A stretch of DNA of 64,000 nt from positions 2,496,001 through 2,560,000 of the forward strand of contig OY759746.1 in assembly GCA_963662795.1 (NCBI GenBank), in the 5' to 3' direction. A program made the translations under genes and the position numbers. Source of the DNA: Spirochaetia bacterium (GTDB lineage: Bacteria; Spirochaetota; Spirochaetia; CADAEX01). Every line of letters begins with the position of its first letter. The first letter of the stretch is position 1. Below are positions 1 through 8,865 of this stretch, piece after piece. Below the pieces are notes generated by a model, which saw only the letters and a list, made by a program, of their open reading frames with translations, ran no database searches and was not told the DNA's origin.

Positions 1-420
1 TAAGTTAGAAGCTGAAGAATTAAAACAGGAATTCTTTAAACTAGCAGAAGAAGGATACAAACTTCTGATAATTCACGATGATGCTTATTACGGTTTATTC
101 TATGAAGAAGATATATATCCCGAGTCACTTTTTTCGATATTTTCTAATTTACATGAGAATATTTTAGCCTTGAAAATAGACGGTCCGACTAAAGAGTATT
201 TTGTTTGGGGATTTAGGGTTGGTTTTATTTCTATTGGAGCAAAAGGATTAACACGTGAACAGTATCAGGTAATTGAAACAAAAATAATGGCAGCAATAAG
301 ATGCTCAATTTCAACTGCATCAAAACCAGCCCAGTCAATAATAATAAAAGCATTAAAAGAAAGAACCACTGAAGAAGAACAAAAGAAGGGGGGTGATGTA
401 ATTAAGAAAAGATATGAAAT
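1..420 (+). pseudogene. Class I/II PLP-dependent aminotransferase, upstream part (starts before the window), interrupted by IS4
   Basis: Frame from nt 2 reads ...LLIIHDDAYYGLFYE...LKIDGPTKEYFVWGFRVGF (DxAY motif and PLP-lysine motif) and runs into the IS at 421. Confidence 0.85.
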
Positions 421-1695
421 CATAGGTGTCCAAAACAAGGACTATTAATTGCCTGAAATCCCAACTATAATGAATTAAGCTTGGACGGCTAATTCTTTAC
501 AGGAAAAGGAAATCAGGCAATGAGTTACAATAATACCATTTTAAAACAAATTCTACAAATAATTCCGAGACATGAATTTGAAAAATCTGTAAAAAAACAT
601 AAAGGGGACTTTGCTTCCAAAGGTTTTACCTGTTGGCAGCATTTTGTCTCCATGCTCTTTGCACAACTTTCAGGACAGACCGGGTTAAGAGGCATTGAAA
701 ACTCTTTTGAATCAATCAGTAACCACCTTTATCATATGGGTGTAAAAAAGGTAAAACGCTCTACATTATCTTACGCAAATAATAATAGAAGCTGTGAAGT
801 TTATGAAAATGTTTTCACTGATCTTCTTGATAAGATATTATCCATGAAGAGAGCGCATAAACATAAATTTAAAAATCCTCTTTACAGTGTTGATGCATCA
901 ACTATTGACTTGTGTTTAAATCTCTTTCCATGGGCAAATTTCAGAAAATATAAAGGCGGAATAAAACTTAATGTAAAACTTGACCATAGTGGATATATTC
1001 CAGCTTTTGTATCAGTTACAACTGCAAAAACACATGAAGTCAATTCCTTGAAAAAAATGGCTTTCAACAAAGGCGATGTCATCACGTTTGATCGTGGTTA
1101 TACTGACTTTAAATTATTCGCAAATTATTGTAATACCGGTATTTATTTTGTTACCAGGTTAAAAAAGAATGCTGATTATAAAATTGTCCAGAGAAAAGAT
1201 ACCTCCTCCTTTAAAAATATTACATCTGATCAGATCATAGAAATGAAAGGATTTTACACCAGTAAAAAATGCCCGTTAAAATTAAGACGAATCAGAAGCA
1301 GAGATCCTGAAACCGGTAAATATATTGTAATTCTTACCAATAATTTCCTTTGGTCTCCAACAACAATTGCTGCTGTTTACAAAGACAGATGGCAGATTGA
1401 AATATTTTTTAAAACTATCAAACAGAACCTCAAGATCAAGAAATTCTTTGGTACTTCCAGAAATGCTGTAATGACACAAATCTGGATTGCCCTAATTGCT
1501 TTTCTGTTACTTCAGTTCCTTAAAATGTTTTCATGTAGAAAATGGACTCATTTTTCACTGATGAAATTGATTCCTGTAATACTGACATCAAGAAAAGATA
1601 TCTGGACTGTTCTCAATAAACCGCCTTCAGAACAGACTAAAAAAACTAGTTTCAATCTTCAACTGGAGCTGTTATGATTGTTTTGGACACCTATG
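421..1695 (+). mobile_element. IS4-family insertion sequence, 1275 bp
   Basis: Perfect 18-bp terminal inverted repeats CATAGGTGTCCAAAACAA (421-438) and TTGTTTTGGACACCTATG (1678-1695); 9-bp direct repeat ATATGAAAT at 412-420 and 1696-1704. Confidence 0.95.
520..1677 (+). CDS. IS4-family DDE transposase with DUF4372-type N-terminus
   Basis: SMLFAQLSG N-terminal motif; VDASTI, FDRGY and YKDRWQIEIFFKTIKQ (YREK) catalytic motifs; stop codon abuts the right IR. Confidence 0.93.
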   Translation: MSYNNTILKQILQIIPRHEFEKSVKKHKGDFASKGFTCWQHFVSMLFAQLSGQTGLRGIENSFESISNHLYHMGVKKVKRSTLSYANNNRSCEVYENVFTDLLDKILSMKRAHKHKFKNPLYSVDASTIDLCLNLFPWANFRKYKGGIKLNVKLDHSGYIPAFVSVTTAKTHEVNSLKKMAFNKGDVITFDRGYTDFKLFANYCNTGIYFVTRLKKNADYKIVQRKDTSSFKNITSDQIIEMKGFYTSKKCPLKLRRIRSRDPETGKYIVILTNNFLWSPTTIAAVYKDRWQIEIFFKTIKQNLKIKKFFGTSRNAVMTQIWIALIAFLLLQFLKMFSCRKWTHFSLMKLIPVILTSRKDIWTVLNKPPSEQTKKTSFNLQLELL

Positions 1696-1960
1696 ATATG
1701 AAATAGTGAAAAAAATTATAGACAAGAGTGAGTTCAACGGATCAATAAAACCGGCGCCATTTAACTCCGGTTACTTTATGTGCTTTGAATTAATTGGAAA
1801 AAGTGCTGAAAATATTAGAAAACATCTTTTAAACGAGTATGGAATCGGGGTGATTTCATTTAAAGACAAATACTTGAGAGTCGCTTATTCCTGTATTGAT
1901 AAATGTGATATAGAAAATTTGATTACTACAATAATCAAAACAGCAGAGGAAATAGAATGA
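1696..1960 (+). pseudogene. Aminotransferase C-terminal fragment
   Basis: Removing the IS and one repeat copy restores ...KKRYEIVKKIIDK...PFNSGYFM...LRVAYS in frame. Confidence 0.85.
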
Positions 1961-2266
1961 TCTTTCCTGTGCTGGTACAATATCGGGACAATTTCTGGAG
2001 ACGGAAAATTGTTGTCAATATAAATCAAATAATATATGTCGCAGTGTATAAAAGCTTACTCACTTTTTTAAGTATATCTATCGGCATAAATAAGCACGAG
2101 TTAAAAATACATAATCCATATATTGATCCCGGTATTTCCAGACTTGAACAGCCGAATGGTTTGTTTAAAAGAAAATAAACAGGAGGGGTGACTAAAAAAC
2201 TTATAAGAAATGTGAAACATGAATGTTTCAGGAAACACAGAAAATATTATTTTATAAGGAGATAAT

Positions 2267-3550
2267 ATGAAAAAGAAAAAAAGTATAGCAACAATTATTA
2301 TGCTGGCAATGTTGGCTGGTATCATCGTAGGTATCATTTTAAATGGGTTTGCTGATACGCCTTTTGTAAAGACAGTTCTGACTGGTTTTATTTTTAAATT
2401 GGGGGGCATGGGTTTTACCTATATGATTTCAATGATAGTTGTTCCAATTGTTTTATTTTCTTTGATAGTTGGAACTTCCGATATGGGAGATGTTGTCAGA
2501 CTTGGTAGAATTGGGACAAAAACAATTGGTTGGTATCTGACGACAACTACGGTTGCTATTATTATTGGTTTAACCATATCTTTAATGATTAAACCTGGAC
2601 TAGGATTCGATTTGACCAATTATGCACAAACAATTGAGTCTTACAAAGCGAAAAGTGGATCGCCTGCATTGGTAGACGTTCTTTTAAACATTATTCCCAA
2701 GAACCCATTTAAGGCTTTATCTGAAGGGGTGATGCTTCAAGTTATCTTTTTTGCAATGATGATAGGCACAGCATTAACTATTCTTGGAGAAAAAACATCA
2801 AGTATAAGGAAAGTATTTGTAGAGGGGAATGAAGTGGTTATGCAGATTGTATGGATCGTTATGAAAGCTGCTCCATTTGGCGTATTCTGCCTAACTGCTG
2901 ATACATTTACAAGACTTGGAATTGCTGCGTTTAAACCTTTGGCGATTTATATGATCACTGTTGTCATTGCTCTGTTTATCCACGCTATTGTGGTATATGG
3001 ATCCTTACTCACTGCAGTGGCTAAGCTGAATCCTATTCAGTTTCTTAAGAATTTTGCTCCCGCCATTTCTGTTGCCTTTTCTACTGCAAGCAGTAATGCC
3101 ACCTTACCAGTGGCCCTTGACTCTGTAACCAACAGGTGTGGTGTTCACAAGGATATCAGTTCTTTCACTATTCCGCTTGGTGCTACAATAAATATGGATG
3201 GGTCAGCTATTTCCATGAGCTGCCAGGCCCTTTTTCTCGCTCAAGCCTACGGTATTGAACTTACTGTTCTTCAACTTGCAATGATAGTTGTAACTGCTAC
3301 ACTGGCGTCCATAGGTAATGCAGGGGTTCCTTCAGCGTCTCTAATACTCTTATCTGCGATTCTCATGCAGATTGGGGTTCCTGTTGAAGCTGTTGGTATT
3401 CTCCTAGGTGTTGACAGAATCCTTAGTATGACTAGAACAACAATAAATGTTTCTGGTGATGCAATAGTTTCAATAATTGTTGCAAAATCAGAAGGCTTGT
3501 TTGATATTGATATTTTTAAAAAGAAAAATGTAATTAAAGAGGCAGTATAA
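2267..3550 (+). CDS. Dicarboxylate/amino acid:cation symporter (DAACS/SLC1 family)
   Basis: FSTASSNATLP, GATINMDG, AGVP and DRILSMTRTTINVSGD motifs; multiple TM segments; SD AAGGAG upstream. Confidence 0.93.
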   Translation: MKKKKSIATIIMLAMLAGIIVGIILNGFADTPFVKTVLTGFIFKLGGMGFTYMISMIVVPIVLFSLIVGTSDMGDVVRLGRIGTKTIGWYLTTTTVAIIIGLTISLMIKPGLGFDLTNYAQTIESYKAKSGSPALVDVLLNIIPKNPFKALSEGVMLQVIFFAMMIGTALTILGEKTSSIRKVFVEGNEVVMQIVWIVMKAAPFGVFCLTADTFTRLGIAAFKPLAIYMITVVIALFIHAIVVYGSLLTAVAKLNPIQFLKNFAPAISVAFSTASSNATLPVALDSVTNRCGVHKDISSFTIPLGATINMDGSAISMSCQALFLAQAYGIELTVLQLAMIVVTATLASIGNAGVPSASLILLSAILMQIGVPVEAVGILLGVDRILSMTRTTINVSGDAIVSIIVAKSEGLFDIDIFKKKNVIKEAV

Positions 3551-3712
3551 AAATACAGGTTAAATAGCTTGTAATCACTGTAAATAATCAACTGGTTTAT
3601 TATAAATACATTCATTATAAACCAGTTTTTTAAAAAGATTTCGAAGTCCGTATTGTAATATTTTCTACTAATAACGCTATTGAGAATAAATGACAAAAAA
3701 TATAAATTAAGT

Positions 3713-4582
3713 TCAACGGGCAGAACGGATAGGGTTTTGCCCGTTTTTTATCCAAGCTTTTTATATTCAATAATATTACTTTTATCTGAATATGTCTCAT
3801 CAATTTTTTCTGCGATAATACTTAGATTTTCCGGTGTTATATGAGTATAGATAGCCTGTGTACCCTTATTCCCAGGTATTTCTTCACATATAACTCAGAG
3901 CAGCCTGCGAGCAGGAGATTGGTATTCAGGGAATGCCGGAAGCTCTGAGGAGTAAGGTTTCTCTCTAAATAATTGATCTTCAAATTTTCGATTGCTTTTA
4001 TAAAATTTTTTCTCCACCATGTTTCTCCCAGGTGTAATCCTTTAATATTAAAAACATAGTTACCTGCTTTTTTCCATGCCCTGTCTATTGTGCAGTATTT
4101 CCCCTGTATCTGTTCCCATTAAAGAGCAAGAATTTCTGACGCCTTACGTCTGGTAAAGGCTGCGAATCTGAATATCTGATATGCAAGTAAAGCAGTCCAT
4201 TTTTTGTAATCAGTCAGGTCCGCAAATCAATGATATGGCCTCTTTTATATCTCTTAACAGCATATCAGCAAATTTGCCGGTATAAACGTACTTTGAAATC
4301 CACCTGTTCAATTTTTCAACATATCCCTGGCTATAGTTCGTTCCTTCCATGGATAGTCTTGGTCTTCTGGGACTGGTTTCATATTTAAGATATTTAGCTG
4401 AGTAATTACGAAAAGTTACAGATGAATAAGTGGTAAGAGAATCAATAAAATCCTTTATAACTCTTTTTCCTCACCAATTTTTGAAGTTCCGCAGGATTTT
4501 AATTTTCTTTTCCCGGTTAGCTGATCTTCATAGTTAAAGAACAGTGTTCCATAACCTTTCTTTTGAATGGATCAGGATACAC
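3713..4582 (-). pseudogene. Degraded tyrosine recombinase (phage/island integrase)
   Basis: Minus-strand fragments in shifting frames: SD AGGAGGT + GTG at 4582; YEDQLTGKRKLKSCGT; ERNLTPQSFRHSLNTNLLLAGCSELYVKKYLG; TQAIYTHITPENL. Contains stops and frameshifts; absent from the ORF track. Confidence 0.8.
3715..3749 (+). terminator. Intrinsic terminator downstream of the symporter
   Basis: AACGGGCAGAAC-loop-GTTTTGCCCGTT stem followed by a T run. Confidence 0.7.
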
Positions 4583-4675
4583 TTTTTTACCTCCTGATAT
4601 CTATTTGCTATGCATTCGCTGACAAATAACGTCGATAAAAAAGTGTAAATCCTTATCTTGTAATAAAATATTTAT

Positions 4676-4749
4676 TATCCCGGACGCGAATCGAACGCAT
4701 GACCTGTTGCTTAGGAGGCAACCGCTCTATCCTACTGAGCTACCGGGAC
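4676..4749 (-). tRNA. tRNA-Arg (anticodon CCT)
   Basis: Reverse complement GTCCCGG-TAGCTCAGTAGGATAGAGC-G-GTTGC-CTCCTAA-GCAAC-AGGTC-ATGCG-TTCGATT-CGCGT-CCGGGAT-A folds as a cloverleaf; CCA not encoded. Confidence 0.95.
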
Positions 4750-4762
4750 ACTTGATAGTGTT

Positions 4763-4791
4763 ATACTATAATGAATTACCCTGAGTGTCAA
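4763..4791 (-). promoter_or_regulatory. Sigma70-type promoter of the tRNA
   Basis: TTGACA-17 bp-TAGTAT on the minus strand, just upstream of the tRNA 5' end. Confidence 0.65.
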
Positions 4792-4820
4792 TTAATTGAC
4801 ATCAAATATTGCGGATACTG

Positions 4821-4857
4821 AAAAAAAGGGGAGACCGCTGAAAGCAGCTTCCCCCCT
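4821..4857 (-). terminator. Intrinsic terminator of glnA
   Basis: Minus strand GGGGAAGCTGCTTTCAGCGGTCTCCCC hairpin followed by a T run. Confidence 0.65.
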
Positions 4858-4881
4858 AATGTTTTTATAGATAATAAAAAG

Positions 4882-7011
4882 TTAAATCTTGAAAAGAAGG
4901 TCAACATAGGTCGGGAATGGCCAATCCTCTTTCCCTGTCATTTTTTCGAGTGTATCTGCATATAATCTTACCCTGCTCATTAAAGGGAATACCTTTTCAT
5001 GATACGTTTTTGCCTGTGAAAGATGATCTTCAACAGATTTGGCATTTAAGAGTTCTTTTGCAAGCAGATCTGTGCTGTATTTAAGTTCCTCAAAATTCTT
5101 CATCATCTGCTCAAGCATTTCCCTCTGTTCGCTTATCCCGTTTTTAATGCCGGCAGCAGTCATGGAGTTTATAATATCTGCACATTTTCCGGTATATTTA
5201 AGTACGGCAGGGAAAATTTCAAGTCTTACCATATCTATCATTACGCCGGCTTCAATATTTATCTGTTTGCTGTATTTTTCAAGATATATAGTATACCGCG
5301 ACTCAAGTTCTTCCCTGGTCATTATGCTGTATTTTGTAAAAAGTTTTATTGAAGATTCACTGAAAAGCGCCGGTATTGACTCAACGGTTGACTTTATATT
5401 GGGAAGGCCCCTTTTTTCAGCTTCTTTTAACCATTCTTCCGCATATCCGTTGCCGTTGAAAATTATTTTTTTATGGTTTTTGTAAGTCCGTGCGACAATC
5501 TCTTTTATTGTGCCTGTAATATCCTTTGAGTTTTCAAGCTCTGATGCAAATTCAGACAGCACATCAGCAACTACTGCGTTAAGGACTGTATTCGGCATTG
5601 AGATTGAGCCGGAGGAAGGGACCATCCTGAATTCAAACTTGTTGCCTGTAAAAGCAAACGGGGAGGTCCTGTTTCTGTCTGTTGAGTCCTTTGGAAGCTT
5701 TGGAAGCGAGTTTACTCCAAGTTCGAGGTAATTTCCGTTTGTTGATTTTACCGGCTTGTTTTCAGAGAGCTTCTCCAGAATATCGCTGAGTTCAGAACCC
5801 AGGAATATTGAGATAATCGCAGGAGGAGCTTCATTTGCGCCCAGCCTGTGGTCATTTCCTGTATTGCTTGCGGACCACCTCAAAAGCGGAGCATATATGT
5901 CTACGGCCCTGATAATGGCAGAGAGGAATATGAGAAACTGTATATTCTGATGCGGGCTGTCGCCAGGGTCAAGCAGGTTTATCCCGTCATCTGTGCTTAA
6001 TGACCAGTTATTGTGCTTGCCTGATCCGTTAACGCCGGCAAAAGGTTTTTCATGCAGGAGCGCTACAAGATTATGTCTGTTCGCGACTTTCTGGATTACC
6101 TCCATGGTGAGCTGATTATGGTCGGTTGCTACATTTACAGTTGTAAAGATCGGCGCTATCTCAAACTGATTTGGAGCAACTTCGTTGTGCTGTGTTTTTG
6201 CGGAAATGCCAAGTCTCCAGAGTTCATAGTTTAGCTCTCTCATAAAGTCTGCAACGCGGAGCTTGAGCGGACCAAAATAATGGTCCTCCATTTCCTGCCC
6301 TTTTGCCGGCATGGCGCCGAATAGAGTTCTGCCTGTAAGGAAAAGATCCATCCTTTTGTCGAAAAATGATTTATCCACAAGAAAATATTCCTGTTCAGCT
6401 CCGGCTGTCGGGATAACCTTTTCCGATGTTGTGTTTCCAAGAATCCGGACAACACGCATGGCTTCCCTGTTTATGACTTCCATTGATTTAAGGAGCGGGA
6501 CTTTCTTGTCAAGAGCTTCGCCTGTATAGGCAAAAAAAGCTGTTGGAATTTTAAGTGTTACACCTGTGTTGTCATTCATGAGGAATGCGGGTGATGTTGT
6601 ATCCCATGCTGTATAGCCTCTGGCCTCAAATGTCGCCCTGAGTCCTCCGCTTGGAAAAGATGAGGCATCAGGTTCTCCCTTTATGAGTTCCTTGCCTGAA
6701 AATTCAAGTATAACTTTTCCATCCGCTGTGGGTGATATAAAAGAGTCGTGTTTTTCTGCCGTTAAACCAGTCATGGGCTGAAACCAGTGTGTGTAGTGTG
6801 TTGCTCCCTTTTCAATAGCCCAGTCTTTCATTGTGCTTGCAACTACTTCCGCAACTTCGAGAGAGAGCGTCTTGTTCCCTTTCTGTACTTCCTTGAGCTC
6901 CCTGTAAATGCTTTTGGGCAGTCTTGTCCGCATTACTGCATCGTTAAAACAGTTTTCCCCGTATACTTCGCTTAACGGGGTTTTGATGAAATCAATAGTT
7001 TTTTCTTCCAT
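4882..7011 (-). CDS. glnA: Glutamine synthetase type III
   Basis: 709 aa; GATHYTHWFQP, AEKHDSF, EPDASSFPSGGLRATFEARGYTAWD, HNEVAPNQFE and DRNRTSPFAFTGNKFEFR are GSIII signatures. Confidence 0.96.
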   Translation of the reverse strand: MEEKTIDFIKTPLSEVYGENCFNDAVMRTRLPKSIYRELKEVQKGNKTLSLEVAEVVASTMKDWAIEKGATHYTHWFQPMTGLTAEKHDSFISPTADGKVILEFSGKELIKGEPDASSFPSGGLRATFEARGYTAWDTTSPAFLMNDNTGVTLKIPTAFFAYTGEALDKKVPLLKSMEVINREAMRVVRILGNTTSEKVIPTAGAEQEYFLVDKSFFDKRMDLFLTGRTLFGAMPAKGQEMEDHYFGPLKLRVADFMRELNYELWRLGISAKTQHNEVAPNQFEIAPIFTTVNVATDHNQLTMEVIQKVANRHNLVALLHEKPFAGVNGSGKHNNWSLSTDDGINLLDPGDSPHQNIQFLIFLSAIIRAVDIYAPLLRWSASNTGNDHRLGANEAPPAIISIFLGSELSDILEKLSENKPVKSTNGNYLELGVNSLPKLPKDSTDRNRTSPFAFTGNKFEFRMVPSSGSISMPNTVLNAVVADVLSEFASELENSKDITGTIKEIVARTYKNHKKIIFNGNGYAEEWLKEAEKRGLPNIKSTVESIPALFSESSIKLFTKYSIMTREELESRYTIYLEKYSKQINIEAGVMIDMVRLEIFPAVLKYTGKCADIINSMTAAGIKNGISEQREMLEQMMKNFEELKYSTDLLAKELLNAKSVEDHLSQAKTYHEKVFPLMSRVRLYADTLEKMTGKEDWPFPTYVDLLFKI

Positions 7012-7056
7012 AAGTTATAAAAATGACCTCCAGTCAGATTGTTCTGCTATATATAA

Positions 7057-7072
7057 TGCAAAAAACGTGCCA
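7057..7072 (-). promoter_or_regulatory. Sigma54 (-24/-12) promoter of glnA
   Basis: Minus strand TGGCACGTTTTTTGCA matches TGGCAC-N5-TTGCA exactly, 45 nt upstream of the ATG; SD GGAGGT follows. Confidence 0.88.
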
Positions 7073-7180
7073 TGATTGCAATAGATAGGTAATGTTGATA
7101 TAAGTTGTTGTAAAACAAGCAGATGCTGCTGATCAATATATTAGTTTTACCGTTTTAATTAAAACTTAAATCCTGTAAAA

Positions 7181-7223
7181 ATACATTATTGTAGAAAAAT
7201 GGCATGAATATACATGAATGTAT
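7181..7223. promoter_or_regulatory. Two candidate upstream activator sites (TACA-N4-TGTA)
   Basis: TACATTATTGTA (7182-7193) and TACATGAATGTA (7211-7222), about 110-150 bp upstream of the -24 box. Confidence 0.55.
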
Positions 7224-8839
7224 TATTTTTCACGGGTGAGTGTTTTCGGGTTTATACCGAATTTGCTTTTTCTTAAGCCCATTATCCTCTCGCTGATGCC
7301 CAGCATTTTTGCCGCTTTGGTCATATTTCCATGACTTGATTTAAGTGCGTCGAGGATCATTTCCTTCTCAAGTTCATCAACCGCCTGCTGAAGCGTATTG
7401 TGGATTTCAGTTCCGGTAGATTCAGCGCTCTGCAGACTCGGAGGAAGGTGATTGCCGTGGATAACATCATCCGTACTTATAAGGACTGCCCTTTCAATGC
7501 AGTTTTCAAGCTCCCTCACATTCCCGGGCCAGTGGTAGCTTGTAAGGAGCTGTATCGCGGGAGTTGATATCCTTTTTATGTCCTTGTTGTTTTTTTTGCT
7601 GTATTTTTCTGTAAAATAGTCTGCAAGAAGCATTATATCGCTTTTCCTCGATCTTAAAGGAGGTACGTGTACCGGGAAAACATTCAGCCTGTAATAAAGG
7701 TCTTCCCTGAATTTCCCCTCAGTGAGGAGCTGTTCAAGATCCCTGTTTGTCGCCGCAATAATCCTTACACTGGTTTTTATTGTCTCATTTCCTCCGACCC
7801 TTTCAAATTCTTTTTCCTGAAGAATTCTCAGAAGTTTTACCTGTGTTGTAGGGGAGAGGTCTCCGATTTCATCCAGGAATATTGTTCCCCCGTCAGCAAG
7901 CTCAAAGCGTCCCTTTCTTGTAGAAAGGGCTCCTGTAAAAGCACCTTTTTCGTGGCCGAACAGCTCGCTTTCTATAATTGTTTCCGGCAGAGCCGCGCAG
8001 TTTACCTTTATCAGAGGCATATCAGAGCGTTTACTGTTGTAATGGATCGCGTTTGCTATAAGTTCTTTCCCTGTACCGCTTTCTCCCCTTATAAGAACAG
8101 TAGCCTCGCTCCCCGAAACCTGTGCAATAAGGTCAAAGACTTCCTGCATTGCGGTAGAACTTCCTATTATGTTCTTGGGCTTGAATTTATTCTTAAGCGC
8201 GTTCTGGAGTCTTTCGTTTTCATGTTTGAGCTTTTCCTGTTCTTCCTGGTATGTTCTCCTGAGTTCGGCGGCGAGGGCTATCATTGAACCGATTATGGAA
8301 AGAAGTTTTGCGTCCTCTTCAATGCTGAACCCTTCTGAGGTTTGTCTCTGGCAGCTTATCGTTCCTATGGTTTCTGTCCCTATTTTCACGGGAATACAGA
8401 TAAAAGACTGATTTTTCCATTTTTTCCTTGATTCTGTTTTGTCCAGAAAAAGAGGATTGCCCGAGACATTTTCGATTGTAATCGGCTCTCCCGTCTCAAT
8501 AACTTTACCTGTTATTCCTTCTCCTACCTTGTATTTTATTTTTTCCGCAAAAACTTCACTGATTCCGTATGATGCTTCGATTGATATTTCCCTTGAATGC
8601 CTGTTAAGCAGTGTTATGGCTCCCTGAAGCATCTCCATCGACTGGACAGTGTGCTTTATTATGGGAGAAAGGGCCGTCTGCATGTTTTCGCTTTTCTGCA
8701 GGATCTGGCTTATATCAAAAAGCAGGGAAAGTTCCTGAATTTTACGTCTGTAATGTTTCGAAGGAATTGAATCTGGCATGGAATATATGCTACAAATTTG
8801 TAGGTGAAATTTCAAGCTGATTTTAGTGCGGATTAGCAT
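7223..8839 (-). CDS. NifA-like sigma54-dependent activator (GAF-AAA+-HTH); likely true start ATG 8779
   Basis: N-terminal GAF ([14 protein letters not shown]), Walker [41 protein letters not shown]-terminal Fis-type HTH. Confidence 0.92.
   Translation of the reverse strand: MLIRTKISLKFHLQICSIYSMPDSIPSKHYRRKIQELSLLFDISQILQKSENMQTALSPIIKHTVQSMEMLQGAITLLNRHSREISIEASYGISEVFAEKIKYKVGEGITGKVIETGEPITIENVSGNPLFLDKTESRKKWKNQSFICIPVKIGTETIGTISCQRQTSEGFSIEEDAKLLSIIGSMIALAAELRRTYQEEQEKLKHENERLQNALKNKFKPKNIIGSSTAMQEVFDLIAQVSGSEATVLIRGESGTGKELIANAIHYNSKRSDMPLIKVNCAALPETIIESELFGHEKGAFTGALSTRKGRFELADGGTIFLDEIGDLSPTTQVKLLRILQEKEFERVGGNETIKTSVRIIAATNRDLEQLLTEGKFREDLYYRLNVFPVHVPPLRSRKSDIMLLADYFTEKYSKKNNKDIKRISTPAIQLLTSYHWPGNVRELENCIERAVLISTDDVIHGNHLPPSLQSAESTGTEIHNTLQQAVDELEKEMILDALKSSHGNMTKAAKMLGISERIMGLRKSKFGINPKTLTREK
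8790..8803. promoter_or_regulatory. Perfect palindrome CTACAAATTTGTAG inside the activator's own promoter
   Basis: Same TACA-N4-TGTA core; overlaps the minus-strand TTGAAA(8810-8815)-17 bp-TAGCAT(8787-8792) promoter. Confidence 0.55.
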
Positions 8840-8865
8840 TAAATAAATTAACTTACAGGATTATT

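Noticed and set aside
2082-2096. CGGCATAAATAAGCA as a sigma54 promoter
   Set aside because: GG-to-GC spacing is 9, not the required 10.
1957-2178. 73-aa ORF after the aminotransferase fragment
   Set aside because: No recognisable motif; AT-rich and probably the symporter's upstream region.
2181-2265. Possible leader peptide (AGGAGG then GTG 2188)
   Set aside because: SD only 1 nt from the start codon; no regulatory codon run or attenuator hairpin.
4786-4801. Perfect palindrome TGTCAATTAATTGACA
   Set aside because: One arm is the tRNA -35 box; the other has no matching -10 and no second copy was seen.
6371-6379. DnaA box TTATCCACA (another near 18840) plus mnmE-mnmG-rsmG hinting at oriC
   Set aside because: Isolated boxes inside CDSs; no cluster and no dnaA or parAB in the window.
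7223-8839. Calling the activator nifA (nitrogen fixation)
   Set aside because: No nif genes in the window and no TGT-N10-ACA site seen at the glnA promoter; only the domain architecture is shared.
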